Shown here piece by piece: positions 1 to 11,100 of a stretch of 64,000 nt of DNA. Origin of the DNA: a virus. The notes under the pieces were generated by a model that ran no database searches, was not told the DNA's origin, and worked only from the letters and a program-made list of their open reading frames with translations. The stretch is taken from the IMG/VR virus record IMGVR_UViG_3300014946_000127; one strand, 5' to 3'. How positions within the stretch are numbered: the first letter of the stretch is position 1; each line of letters opens with the position of its first letter. Made by a program: the position numbers and the translations under genes.

Positions 1-236
1 TTGCAGTCGGCTTTGAATCGGCGGATAAGGTCATATACTTTTCGCTCGCATACACCGTATTTCTCGGCCAGCGCAGCCACGATATAGGAGGGTTTCTCAC
101 CATCGGCCAGCAGCCGGTTGTAGTCGTTGAACAAGTCGATATATCGGATATCATCAAGACGAATGCCCGCATCGCAACAGAATTTCAATAGTTCCCGGTT
201 TAATTTCAGTATCTCAATTACTTTCATTCTCCAAAA
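1..236 (-). CDS. Partial CDS, N-terminal 78 aa visible, start codon at 236, gene runs past the window edge; HTH-like (Mor-type) small regulator
   Basis: Minus-strand ORF opens MKVIEILKLNRELLKFCCDAGIRLDDIRY...AALAEKYGVCERKVYDLIRRF. Local GC (~50%+) is higher than the rest of the window. Confidence 0.3.
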
Positions 237-418
237 AAATAGTACATTTGCAATATCTCACTTACATACACATACAAAACAGCCACAAGTGTAGTCTGGG
301 TATTTGCCCCCGGCTACGCACTTGTGGCGTGTATGTGTTAATATGTAGGTGAGATGACTATTGACAGGCCGGGGGCTTTCTTTTTTATCCCCCTCCTCTT
401 GGTTTTTTAGCAGATCTT

Positions 419-601
419 TTACATGCCTGTATCCTTTTTCTCGTTGAACTCCCGTTCCAGTTCTCTCGCCTCCACCTCGGGAAGTTCCTCCCAATCCGTT
501 AGGACGGTTCCGTCCGGAGCGGAAACAGCCGGAGTAACCGTGATATACTCATCTGTTTTATATACCAATAAATATCCTTCTTTCGCTTTTTTCCGTATCA
601 T
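419..601 (-). CDS. Hypothetical 60-aa protein
   Basis: ORF track; lies directly downstream (minus-strand sense) of the 476-aa tail gene. Confidence 0.25.
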   Translation of the reverse strand: MIRKKAKEGYLLVYKTDEYITVTPAVSAPDGTVLTDWEELPEVEARELEREFNEKKDTGM

Positions 602-623
602 TTTTCATACCTCCATATCATTT

Positions 624-2054
624 TCATACTCCTATCACCCTCCAATTTTTATCAGTGGCTATTTTCACCTCATCTTCTGTAATTTCTGTAACTCCAAGAC
701 AACCGGTTATATCTATTACTCTTTCGGATTCTCCATTAAAATCCGGTAATTGGTTAAAAATCTCCAATATAGCTTCATGAGAAAGAGCTGAATATCTGAC
801 ATATAAATTTGCTCCGTTATAAGTATAATCAAATTGTGATTCCGGTGAAAAGGTTAGCCCCGTAAGTCCGCATGATGGTTGTTGATAAGAACCGGACCAT
901 GACAAACATCTTATCTTTGTGTTTTTTAGATCCAATCTCATAGTCTTCGGTACACCATCCATATTAAGAATGAGCCCGTTTCCTTTTGAACCAAAATCGC
1001 TTGGCAGTTCAAAATCATATAGTTGATAATCACTTTGAAACAATCCTATTGCATCCTCTACATTCGGCATCGATTTGGGTAATACCAATTTTCTCAATGA
1101 GATGCAATTATAAAAACAGTTCCTAACATAAGTACCGGTAAATGGTTCTTGAGGCATGATTATTTCTTCAACCGATTGTGCCATGCCATAAAAGCAATGA
1201 CTCCATGTGTTAGTCGATGATACCTTCATTTTAGAAAGGTCTACTTTACCTCTGGTTTGATTTAGACAGCCCCATAAGTATTCTCCAATTTCTCCTCCTT
1301 CAATCTGAATGTCACTTAAATCATCACAGAATATATTTCTAAATTTATAACCTATTAAATAGGTTAATTTTAAAGTATCCCCGGTATGTAATATATATCT
1401 TAACCTATTTTTCGAATACGGAAAAGTTGGTATGCAGTCTATTGTATCAGATAGAAATTTTATGGCTTCCAATGGTAATGTTGACAACTCAAATGAACAG
1501 TATTTGAGTTTCCTAATATTTTTCCCAAATACAATATATTTATAAGGAGCTATATTATATATCTTTTGCGGGTAATTTACATACACATAACCGTTTGGAT
1601 AAATATAATGGTCGTAGTCAATTGAATATAATTCATATGAAACCTTCATTATCCAAAATTCCCTGCCATTAGTGTCTATTCTGCCAGTTCCTTTCAAATA
1701 TTTATGGTTTGTTATATTGGTAGTCGTTGGGGCGATAGCGGTATAAATTTCACTACCGTCTCCCCAATCTATCTTATAACTTTTTACATTAAAAGAGGAG
1801 TACTGCACAAAAATATAATCTTCAAATGTAGTCGGTTTATCGTCTGTCACCACAAACCAAATGTCATTGTCCGGGCATTCGTCAAGATTTCCCCATGACG
1901 GGTCGGGAATAAATTTAGGTTTTTGAACAATAGCCGGCACACTTACCGTCTCTTTCACCGCGACAGCCTCCGGCACGACGATCTGCTCTTTTACCGCAAC
2001 GGCATCCGGTACAATTATCCGCTCTTTCACCATCACGTAATTGCACTTCTCCAT
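624..2054 (-). CDS. Tail-associated / host-interaction protein with N-terminal tandem peptide repeats and a C-terminal BspA-type leucine-rich-repeat-like region
   Basis: 476 aa. N-term repeats IVPDAVAVKEQIVVPEAVAVKETVSVPAIV. C-terminal segments such as NCFYNCISLRKLVLPKSMPNVEDAIGLF resemble LRR_5/BspA repeats. Lies in the tail module. Confidence 0.5.
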   Translation of the reverse strand: MEKCNYVMVKERIIVPDAVAVKEQIVVPEAVAVKETVSVPAIVQKPKFIPDPSWGNLDECPDNDIWFVVTDDKPTTFEDYIFVQYSSFNVKSYKIDWGDGSEIYTAIAPTTTNITNHKYLKGTGRIDTNGREFWIMKVSYELYSIDYDHYIYPNGYVYVNYPQKIYNIAPYKYIVFGKNIRKLKYCSFELSTLPLEAIKFLSDTIDCIPTFPYSKNRLRYILHTGDTLKLTYLIGYKFRNIFCDDLSDIQIEGGEIGEYLWGCLNQTRGKVDLSKMKVSSTNTWSHCFYGMAQSVEEIIMPQEPFTGTYVRNCFYNCISLRKLVLPKSMPNVEDAIGLFQSDYQLYDFELPSDFGSKGNGLILNMDGVPKTMRLDLKNTKIRCLSWSGSYQQPSCGLTGLTFSPESQFDYTYNGANLYVRYSALSHEAILEIFNQLPDFNGESERVIDITGCLGVTEITEDEVKIATDKNWRVIGV

Positions 2055-2057
2055 ACC

Positions 2058-2432
2058 TCACACGATTTTAATGTTCGTCTCGTCCTCACCACCATACTCC
2101 CAGTATCCGCTCGCGAAATCGGAGTCGGTACGGCAATAATGCCTTTCTACGGTAAGGATTCCCTTGCGGAAAGTGTTCGGCTCGAATACGGCTATCAGCT
2201 CGCCGTCTCGAAGGACACAATTCACCCGCTTGTCACCCTCCTGCGAGACTTCACACGTCCGGCCGTATTGGTCCCGATAGATGAAGCGGAATTTCAGTCC
2301 CTCTACATCGATGGGGGAACCATTCATATCTGAAAACTCCAAACCGGCCTTAATACCTTCCCATGAGTATTTCTCTTCGTACTTTTTTTCACTCATCGCT
2401 GCCATCGGATAATGCGTTGAACATTTTTTCAA
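2058..2432 (-). CDS. Hypothetical protein (tail module)
   Basis: 124-aa ORF, co-directional and tightly packed with neighbouring structural genes. Confidence 0.5.
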   Translation of the reverse strand: MKKCSTHYPMAAMSEKKYEEKYSWEGIKAGLEFSDMNGSPIDVEGLKFRFIYRDQYGRTCEVSQEGDKRVNCVLRDGELIAVFEPNTFRKGILTVERHYCRTDSDFASGYWEYGGEDETNIKIV

Positions 2433-2628
2433 CCAGAGCTTTCGTCTCCTCGACCGTGGAGGTCATGGAATAGACATTCATGTTAAAACTGCCTTGCCCG
2501 ACAGTGACATGGCCTTTTTCCACACCGTTTTCCACAATTCGGTAATTGACCGCTTGCAGGGTTTCCACAGTCTCTTTTCCGTTGAACGAACGGCTGATGT
2601 TTTCGCTGATTTTTACTAACTCAATCAT
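2389..2628 (-). CDS. Hypothetical protein
   Basis: 79-aa ORF overlapping the end of the previous gene in another frame. Confidence 0.4.
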   Translation of the reverse strand: MIELVKISENISRSFNGKETVETLQAVNYRIVENGVEKGHVTVGQGSFNMNVYSMTSTVEETKALVEKMFNALSDGSDE

Positions 2629-2646
2629 AATGTTTTGTATTTATGG

Positions 2647-3930
2647 TTAACTGATAATCCCGCTGTCGGGAATGTCGAATGTCACGTTTTTGGATAGTGA
2701 GTCGAGTTGGACGCCGGCCTCGCCCGACGAGGAGACCCCATACACGGAACAGGTTAAGTAATAGGTATGGGTTCCCGGTGGAAGGTCCGGATGTATCGTC
2801 CCCAAAGGGATATTCAAAATGAGAATCCCAGTTCCCTTGTATTCGTAATCATAGATCGCGAGGAATCCGGACCCCGAAATACGGAAGGAGTATTTCTCAC
2901 CCACCGGAGGATTTCCGTTCGGAAAACTGATACGCACCTGAAAGTAGCTCGAAAGGAAAGTGAAATCCACGATTTTAATCGGGGTATATGTGCTGTTTAT
3001 CTCGGCTATCATAGCTATCGATGTGGGTATGGGGAAATAATCGCCCAAGATGAATTGCGTGCCCACTCCCGTCCAGTACTCGAACGATTTCTTATCGATA
3101 AGGAACAACGTCACCTTCAAACTCGCCCCCACCGAATCCTTACCGGGGAATGTGTCGCTCTGTCCGACAGGAGGACTCGGCGATACAGTCCCGTCGTTGA
3201 AAAACTTCACTCTGAAAGAAGAATACCAGACATCTCCCATTGACGTCCCCTTTACCCGCAGTGTCGTCACGGTGTTTGTCGAGGTATTCGTCAGCAGGCG
3301 GGCGTAACTTCCCCCGTTCTCGTCGGTGACGAGAATAGCCGGATAATAATCGCCGACACTCTTGTCGGAGGCCAGAGCCAGCCACGATTCGACGGGTACA
3401 CCGGTGGGGTTTACCGAATCATCGTAATAATTGATCTTGACAAAAAGATACGGCACGTCCGCACTGATTTCGTCGATCCGGCTTCCCGTTAAATTAGGTT
3501 CCGCATTGTGGTCGTATCCGTCGAAGTCACTGAGGCGGCAAAAATCCGTCCCCGGGTGCGGATAGGCCACATAATCGAAGGAGGTGTCATGGATAGCGAC
3601 AAGATTCCCGTGCGGTATCGTGGCTTTCAGCCCATAGCGTATGCCCTGATTTTTGTCGGTGTCGCTCCCTTCCCACTGGTCGATATATGTCGTGACCCCG
3701 CCGGCCTGTTGGGGATAGTTGTCGGAGAGAGGCGCAGCCTGCGGATAGCGCACGGGTTTATGACGGCTCCATTTATTGATACGTCCCGGACGGCCACCCT
3801 GCAACAGGGGGCGTTCGAGGGCAACGATGTCGGCCACGTCCCATACCCCGTTCTTCGGGTATATCCCCAGCAGGTTATAGGGGTCGGTTATCACCACCGG
3901 GGCGACAATCTGGTTGTTCTTGATAGACAT
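2647..3930 (-). CDS. Hypothetical tail/baseplate structural protein
   Basis: 427 aa, directly downstream of the tail-fibre gene, gap of 4 nt. Confidence 0.55.
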   Translation of the reverse strand: MSIKNNQIVAPVVITDPYNLLGIYPKNGVWDVADIVALERPLLQGGRPGRINKWSRHKPVRYPQAAPLSDNYPQQAGGVTTYIDQWEGSDTDKNQGIRYGLKATIPHGNLVAIHDTSFDYVAYPHPGTDFCRLSDFDGYDHNAEPNLTGSRIDEISADVPYLFVKINYYDDSVNPTGVPVESWLALASDKSVGDYYPAILVTDENGGSYARLLTNTSTNTVTTLRVKGTSMGDVWYSSFRVKFFNDGTVSPSPPVGQSDTFPGKDSVGASLKVTLFLIDKKSFEYWTGVGTQFILGDYFPIPTSIAMIAEINSTYTPIKIVDFTFLSSYFQVRISFPNGNPPVGEKYSFRISGSGFLAIYDYEYKGTGILILNIPLGTIHPDLPPGTHTYYLTCSVYGVSSSGEAGVQLDSLSKNVTFDIPDSGIIS

Positions 3931-3933
3931 ACG

Positions 3934-6900
3934 TTACTCTCCTCCTTTCTTTTGTAATTCGGCTATTTCTTGTTTCAGTTTCTCAATTTCATTTTTCATC
4001 GACTGGACCAGACGGGCTGTCTCCTGAGTCGCACCGGCGATGGTGTTGATATAGTCGGTCGACAGGTAGTTCAGAGCCCCGTAACCGTCCTCCGTTTTGT
4101 AGGCCATCGATGGCAATACCTCTTTCACCTTTTGGTATAACAGCCCCGTATGGGCTTCCCCGTCCACACCGCCCTTGTTACGCTTCCGTGCTTTTTCGGT
4201 GTATCGAAAATCGCACACCCTGCCCATCGCCAAGAGGCGGTCGGTATAACTTCGGGTATAGTCGAAATCTCGCTTCAAACGTCTGTCCGAAGTCGTTAGA
4301 GCGGTGACCGAGCCTTGTGCCGAAATATTGCCTTGCGACGATATATCCCCTCCGGCCGTGATGTTACCGTCCGATGTGACACTCTCCTTTGACCTTATGT
4401 TATTCGTCGCCACAATCCTTCCGGCGGAGATGGAGACAGACTTACTCCCGGTCGAAAGGTTTATACTCGTAGCCCTGATTACATTCGCTCCATCGATGTC
4501 TCCCTCCATCGTTATATCCCGGACTCCCGACAGACTTCCGGACACATCGTTCGATCCGTCAAACGGATTTCCCCAAATCGTCCGGATATTTTTAAGCCTG
4601 TCGGCGGCGATGGAATCGTTATCCGTCAAGGCGACAGACGGGGTCACCACGGTCAGCTTGCTCACGCCGACTGCCGGCATGGGAGACAACGATATACTAT
4701 CCACACAGTTCTCGCAAGTCCCGTTCAAAGCCCCGTATGTGTTATAGACGAATATGGAGCAGGTCTGGTAATCGGTCTTGGCCGAAACCCAAAAGCACAC
4801 GTGTCCCCCGTACAAGAACACCTTCACGTCACCCAAATCGTCACCGAAATGCGTACCGGCCGTAGCCGTAAACTCGACATCGTTCGGGGCATAATTATAC
4901 GCCTGTACGATCGTATTGATAATTCGTCGGCTATAATATCCATTTCCGATCAGATGCAACGTCAACATAGCCGCCTCGGCCTCTTCGACTTTCGTGCGAA
5001 TCAACCACCCGTTTCCGGTGGCTGTCTCATACATGCCGCCCCTCTTATACAGGAAAGCCCCGTTGTCAAGTCCGTTCAACTTTTTCGCATTGTCCGATTC
5101 GACCGCACGTCCGACTGTCAGCCCCGTATATGTACCGCTCACGTTGTTTATCTCGGCCAGCGAATAGGTAGGCTTGTTCGGCTGCTGCACCCAATCGTAC
5201 AGGGTTATGCCTTTGGTGACAACGATACCGAGGGCTGTCTTGCTGACCGCCGTCACCACATTGCCTGTACCTATCGTAGATGCGCCGGCGTTGGCGAGTT
5301 TCCAAATCTCGTTGATGGCGTAGGCGTTGAAAGTCTCCGTCATCGTGGTGTTGTCGAACACGCCGCCCAGATCGTCGAACCCATGAACGAGCTTGATGAG
5401 CCCTCCTTCGCCACCGCCACCCCCTTCTCCACGCCATACACCAAGAGCGGATATTCCACCCTGTGAATACACATTAAATTTCGAGTATATCGTATTTTCC
5501 AACTCTGTGTCGAATTTCCACATATCGTTAATACGGGCAAATCCTTCCTGCATTTGTTTTACAGTCCGTTGATACGATTGTTGCAGGGAAGCCGTCATAT
5601 CATTGATGGCAGAAATCAAGTCGATATTCTTATTGGCAGATGCAACCTCTTCTTTCAGTTCTTGCGTATTCCCTTTTATTAGGTTGTTCCCGATGGTAAT
5701 AGTCTGTTCGCAAGGATAGTCGAGTTTGGTTGTAAGGCTTATAACACGAGTAACATATGAATATCCTGCGTTTATGTATTCGACTTTTCTTCCTATGGAT
5801 AAATCAGGATTGTTTTCATCGAACACCACAGGATTAGATGAAAACTGGTAGTTGTTTTGGTCGGAAGAAAGCCGTTCTATTTCTTCGTTCATAGCTGTTT
5901 CCAGCCGTATGTACGCCGAATCTGTATATTCTTCCGGCATTTTGACGTTGAATAGGATAATATCGTCATTTTCCGACGGTATAAGTCCCGTAATAGCAGG
6001 GATAATATAGTTACCTTCTTCCTCTTTATATTTAATCTCGAAATCTCCTTTTTTGACTTCGAAGCTTATGCCATCATCACTCGTTATTGTTTTACTCTCA
6101 TCATGGTATATAAGCTCAAATTCCATACCTTGCAAAGCCCCCGATTGGAAATGTACCGAAGGTTCCTTATTTGGTATACGCATACCATTCGGATTTTTTT
6201 CTTCGTCATAAGGGGAATTGTCGAAGTTAAATTCCGGTATTTGAAAATACCATATCGCATATTGGTCGTATATAGGGTCTCCATTTTCATCTGTGCCTAT
6301 CTGTATTTTATCATTCGTTTCCGAGTCTATACGCCACATAAGGCGGAATCTGACATCTGATATGGAGAGTTCCGATGAAGGGTATATATCATCGAACAGG
6401 AGGATTTTGCTAAATATCTCTCCCTGTTGAAGGTTTGGCCTTATATCTTTATATCCGTTCGGATATTTTTTAGGGTCAAGAGTCAGCCGTTTGTTGACCA
6501 AATTGTTGACATTAGCACCTTTGTATTCCTGTACGATGTTTCGAGTTGACCCGAATGCGTAAAATCGGGTATAATACCCATCTTTTCCCTCCGTAACCGA
6601 AGGTGTATTGATGTTTTCACCAACTTCGAGAGAAACAACAGCTCCATGTTCGGATTTCGACAGATGAATAATCATGGAATCTTTCTCAACCCACCATTCT
6701 GTCTCAAACGCAGAGGCTATACTGTTCAAGGCAGACAATATGTCGATTGATTGGAAAGACAAAGAAGTGGAAGCGTTAAGAGAAGAATCGACGGCGTAAG
6801 TCCATGTATCCCCGGTTTCGTTCTCGATAGCCTTACAAATAACACTCATGAAATTGGCCGGGTTATCGGTAAGAGACCAATCCGGCTCCCGATTAGTTAT

Positions 6901-7227
6901 CTCGTTATTCTCATCGTAAGAATACATGAAAAAAGGCACTTTACCCCATGATATAAATTTCGAATGAAATTGTGGTTTGTATTGAAATTCGACCTCGTTC
7001 TTTTGTTTTGGATTATATGGCTCCAAAAGAGAATATTTCTCACCATCGAGTATAATATAAGCCCCTACCGGAATCTCTTCATTTTGGTCCGAGTTCCACG
7101 ACAATTCTACATAATCGGATTTCATCAATTCCTCTACATGAACACATTCTTCTGTTATAGGAACTGATAAAATAGTATCTCCTTGTATGTTTTTAATGTC
7201 TATCATGATGGTTTCGTATATCTTCAT
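3934..7227 (-). CDS. Tail fibre / tailspike protein with C-terminal intramolecular chaperone auto-processing domain (peptidase S74-like)
   Basis: 1097 aa. C-terminus SDRRLKRDFDYT...LNYLSTDYINTIAGATQE...EIEKLKQEIAELQKK matches the endosialidase-type chaperone signature (S-D-R-R-L-K) plus a coiled coil. Contains a Gly-run (GEGGGGGEGG). Confidence 0.7.
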   Translation of the reverse strand: MKIYETIMIDIKNIQGDTILSVPITEECVHVEELMKSDYVELSWNSDQNEEIPVGAYIILDGEKYSLLEPYNPKQKNEVEFQYKPQFHSKFISWGKVPFFMYSYDENNEITNREPDWSLTDNPANFMSVICKAIENETGDTWTYAVDSSLNASTSLSFQSIDILSALNSIASAFETEWWVEKDSMIIHLSKSEHGAVVSLEVGENINTPSVTEGKDGYYTRFYAFGSTRNIVQEYKGANVNNLVNKRLTLDPKKYPNGYKDIRPNLQQGEIFSKILLFDDIYPSSELSISDVRFRLMWRIDSETNDKIQIGTDENGDPIYDQYAIWYFQIPEFNFDNSPYDEEKNPNGMRIPNKEPSVHFQSGALQGMEFELIYHDESKTITSDDGISFEVKKGDFEIKYKEEEGNYIIPAITGLIPSENDDIILFNVKMPEEYTDSAYIRLETAMNEEIERLSSDQNNYQFSSNPVVFDENNPDLSIGRKVEYINAGYSYVTRVISLTTKLDYPCEQTITIGNNLIKGNTQELKEEVASANKNIDLISAINDMTASLQQSYQRTVKQMQEGFARINDMWKFDTELENTIYSKFNVYSQGGISALGVWRGEGGGGGEGGLIKLVHGFDDLGGVFDNTTMTETFNAYAINEIWKLANAGASTIGTGNVVTAVSKTALGIVVTKGITLYDWVQQPNKPTYSLAEINNVSGTYTGLTVGRAVESDNAKKLNGLDNGAFLYKRGGMYETATGNGWLIRTKVEEAEAAMLTLHLIGNGYYSRRIINTIVQAYNYAPNDVEFTATAGTHFGDDLGDVKVFLYGGHVCFWVSAKTDYQTCSIFVYNTYGALNGTCENCVDSISLSPMPAVGVSKLTVVTPSVALTDNDSIAADRLKNIRTIWGNPFDGSNDVSGSLSGVRDITMEGDIDGANVIRATSINLSTGSKSVSISAGRIVATNNIRSKESVTSDGNITAGGDISSQGNISAQGSVTALTTSDRRLKRDFDYTRSYTDRLLAMGRVCDFRYTEKARKRNKGGVDGEAHTGLLYQKVKEVLPSMAYKTEDGYGALNYLSTDYINTIAGATQETARLVQSMKNEIEKLKQEIAELQKKGGE

Positions 7228-7275
7228 ACGATTTCAGTCAAAGATAATAAAAGTGCATGAAAAACATGTACTTTT

Positions 7276-7695
7276 TTATGAATTTCTATCTGCTGGATTA
7301 TATTCGACAAGTTTTAGAGAAAATCGTGCTATTCCTCTCATGAATTGCGTAAATTGATTGCATGAAATATAGATTGTTTTGTAAGTAATATTTGGTTGAT
7401 ACTTTGTTTTTATATTTATTATGCCTGTTGCCAATTCTTCACAAAAGTTGTTGTATCTTGAAAAGAATTCTTCTTCCGTTTTTGCCGTCAGGTTAAAAGT
7501 TAAAGTGATATTTCGTTCATCGATTTTAGGATTAGAGGACAGGACTCGTTTGCCATGTTCTAATCGAGACTTGTTTTCGATGAACTCTTTTAAAGGTGAC
7601 GGTGTCATTAAGGAGGAAAGAGATGATGTATCCATACTTATACCCCAAGTTGTATAGCAGTCTTTCCCATTTATGTAAAACTCTCCCGATGCCAT
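7276..7695 (-). CDS. Hypothetical protein (between tape measure and fibre)
   Basis: 139-aa ORF. Confidence 0.5.
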   Translation of the reverse strand: MASGEFYINGKDCYTTWGISMDTSSLSSLMTPSPLKEFIENKSRLEHGKRVLSSNPKIDERNITLTFNLTAKTEEEFFSRYNNFCEELATGIINIKTKYQPNITYKTIYISCNQFTQFMRGIARFSLKLVEYNPADRNS

Positions 7696-7696
7696 T

Positions 7697-8122
7697 TTAT
7701 TTAAGTATAACTGAAGTTTTGTCTTTATTGATTTCTACAGGACAATTTCGTATGTTTATAAGTCTAATAACTGCGTAATTACGGGCAACTATTATAGCTC
7801 TGGCTCCATGCATGAGTATAACTTTGTGAACTCTAGTATTATCGTCAAATACTAGTTCCGCATTGGTATTGCCTATTAAAGCAATATTGGTATCATTACT
7901 TCTTTTTACATTTTTAGTGTCGACAAACACGCAATAATTAGCAATATCATTACTCATCTCACGGAACGTTTCAATAGGAGGGAAGTTGTTCTTCTCACAA
8001 AACTCTATGCCTTGTGGTGTAAAGAACAACCATACTAGAGTTTTCCAGTCACTAACACCATAAGACTTATTACAAGCTCCTTTTTGTAAAGCAGCCATCA
8101 TTATTTCTTTTACTGTATTCAT
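7697..8122 (-). CDS. Hypothetical protein (distal tail?)
   Basis: 141-aa ORF immediately downstream of the tape-measure gene. Confidence 0.5.
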   Translation of the reverse strand: MNTVKEIMMAALQKGACNKSYGVSDWKTLVWLFFTPQGIEFCEKNNFPPIETFREMSNDIANYCVFVDTKNVKRSNDTNIALIGNTNAELVFDDNTRVHKVILMHGARAIIVARNYAVIRLINIRNCPVEINKDKTSVILK

Positions 8123-8124
8123 AT

Positions 8125-11100
8125 CTATAAATCTTTAGTATTCCTATTGACTTGTGCTATATCGGATTTTATATCAATTAATAATTTCGTATATTTTGCA
8201 ATGTCTTCTAAGTAGCTATTCGTAATCACATGTTGATTAAGAATGTTATTTAGTATAGAATTGCTATTAGTTGATACAGATAAAAGAGAATTTAGAGAGA
8301 TTACGGCTGAAATCATTTGATTTTTGATTTCTTCACCAGAAAGCTGCAACGCTGTAAACCGGCCGTTTAATTCCGTTGCTGTATCTTGTGACATGGTTTC
8401 AAAACCTTCGGCTGTCGACTTTTGTTCGGTGGTAGAACTTTCTCCCATGAGACTATCAGCCCAACCGAATTGAGCATCTATTTCTTGTTGAAGCTGTTCA
8501 GCCATGTTGTTGATGTAATCTTGTTCCCATTGAGAAAGCACGTTGTCGGCATAAAATTGTTGCAACTTAGTGCGTATTTCCTCCATTTTATTTGAGGATT
8601 TAATTGCTGCCTTAATGCTCTCTGTTACCATTTGTTGCATCATCTGCTTTACAACATCTTTTGCAGATTTAGCCCTATTCTCGCCAGAAGCCCATGCATC
8701 TGCATAAGCTTCTGCAAAGTTGTCAATAGCACTTTTTAGGTCTTCACCAAATATGACATCGATAGCTTTTTCTTTGTTATCAGAAATGAGATTGTTTATT
8801 TCGTCAATTTGATTTTCCCATTCTTTTATTCTGTCGCTATCTGTATTCTTTTTATCTTGTTCTTCTTTAATTTGATTTTGAATAAGTACTTTTTGTTGTT
8901 CTAGCAATTTATTTTGGTCTTCAATCAAGCTGGAAGCACTCTTTCCGTAAGCAGTTTCAATGGACTTGCCTAACTTTTCATACGAACGGTCAAGTGTATC
9001 TACCTGATCTTGTAATTTCTGAATCCGTTTTTCATTTTTTGCGTCGTGGATTTTTGCGATAGAGGAAGCAAGAGAGGAGACAAGACCGATGGCAGCACCA
9101 GCAGCAGAACCTATCGGTCCAAATATAGCACCTGCCTCTGCTCCTTGCATAGCTGAATTGAGGCCGTCCATAGCCACATTGATACCTTCGGCAATGCCTG
9201 ACAGTGTATCAGATCCGAAAGCCTCTCCGAGATTTGAAAATGTGTCGGAAAGGAATTGGGCTACACTTAATACCTCACTTAATCCACTTCTTATTTCTTC
9301 AAGTCCATCTTGCAATTTTTTTGTATTTGAACCGGCATCGAATACTTTTTTAAGACCATTAGCTAGTTTGTTAAACCCCGTTTCAGATTGATCTGCGGAA
9401 TTACGGACATTATCTATACCTTTTCTAATTCGTTCTAATTCTTCGGGAGATTTACGCAATGTGTCGAAGGTCTCTTTTGTCATACCAAATTCAAGACCTT
9501 TGTTTTCGTCCCATTCGCCTGATTGCAAGAATTGGAATGCTCGTTCAGCTTCATTAGCAATGAGACGCATATCTGCAACTGTGTGTTGACGCATATCGTC
9601 AAACAATTTACTTATGGCAGACGTAGATTTATTCGCCTCTATATCCAAATCAGATAGTGCCCTTTTTGTTTCTTCGTCAATAGACTTCTGTTCCCATTCG
9701 TTTTTGCCTACCTTACGAGATTCGCCTTGCTCAATAATAGCATTACGCTTTTCATAATAGTTCCCGTAAGCGGCAAGATAATCGTTCATTGCGTTAATTT
9801 CATCATCGAGAATTTCTTTGGTCTGTTTATTCTTATTCTTTTCATTTAACCTATTTGCGGTATCAATATTTTCCTGTTGTTCAGTTGTTAGTCCATTCTC
9901 ATTAAGCTTGGAGGGTTCAATCTTAGCTACTTTGTTTAACTCGGCCAGCTCTTTCTCTTTCTTTTTAATTTCTTTTTTCTGTTCTTCATAATAGTATTTA
10001 ATTTGCTTCAATTTCTTATCTTTGCCTTCTTCCCAGAGGGAGATTTCTTTCTCTTGATTTTTTTTACGAAGCTCAAGAAGTTCATCAACAAGTTTCTGCT
10101 CGGCCTCTTTTTGCTCTTTTGCTTGCTTATCTTCAGCCGCTTTATCAGATTTGGTTTTAGGCAGCTTTGCACGGAGTGCGTCAATTCGTGATTGTAACGC
10201 ATTGTATTCCTTGCTTCCACTTACAGTTTCTCCTTGCTCTTTCTCTAATTTTGAGATTTGTGTTTTGACTTCATTGATTACTCTCAAATCTTTCTCACGT
10301 TCAAGTACAGTGTCTTGAAGCGACTTGATATAAGCTTCTTGTTGATCCACTGCTTCTTTTGTTCCGCTACCGTCTGCAAGAGCCTTTTTTAATGATGCAA
10401 GTGAGGTTTCAGCCTTCTTGATTTCTTCTTCAAGTTGGGAGATGGATTTACCTTCTGTTGTAAAAATATTTTCAGTAGGTGAATCAAATGAGGGTTCGGG
10501 AATGAAATATTTGTTTCTGTATTCTTCTAAATTTTTATTTCTTATTTCAGCTTGTCGCCTTATTTCAAATAGAAGTGTATTTGCAGATTCTCTCCACTCT
10601 CCCACATCCCACCACTCCCCAATAGATACATCATTAAAAATCCTTTGAATTTCTGTCGGTATATCTCGACCGCTATCCAGCCAGTTTAACCAATTTCGGT
10701 AGACTTTTAATCCAGACTCATCTCCATATTTTTTTGTAAATGCATCATATACTTTTGTTAAGTTTTTTTCTCTGACGCTATTGTATATATCTTCTTCTTG
10801 TTTGGCAAAATTGGTATAATTTTGTGCGGCCATAGATTTACGTATGGCTTTTTCTAATTTTTCATATTGTCCAGCAAGAGACCCTGTTTTATCAATTTCT
10901 TCATCAATGCCAGAAAGATACTTTGAATAGCCATTTACTATTTTTTCTTTTATAGCATACCATTCTTCAGACCATTTTTTAGCCTCCGTAAGTTGCCTAT
11001 TAAGTTCCCTTAATGTGGACATTTCATTTAATGCAGCCACTTCGGTTTTACCAAATTCATCGTTCAGCCTTTCCTGTGCCTTTTCTGCTTCTGTTTGATA

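Noticed and set aside
258-749. Overlapping ORFs 258..494(-) and 423..749(+) at the GC-rich left end
   Set aside because: Mutually overlapping on opposite strands, low-complexity translations (Gly/Arg/Ser-rich), no start context. More likely non-coding DNA at the element boundary containing inverted repeats.
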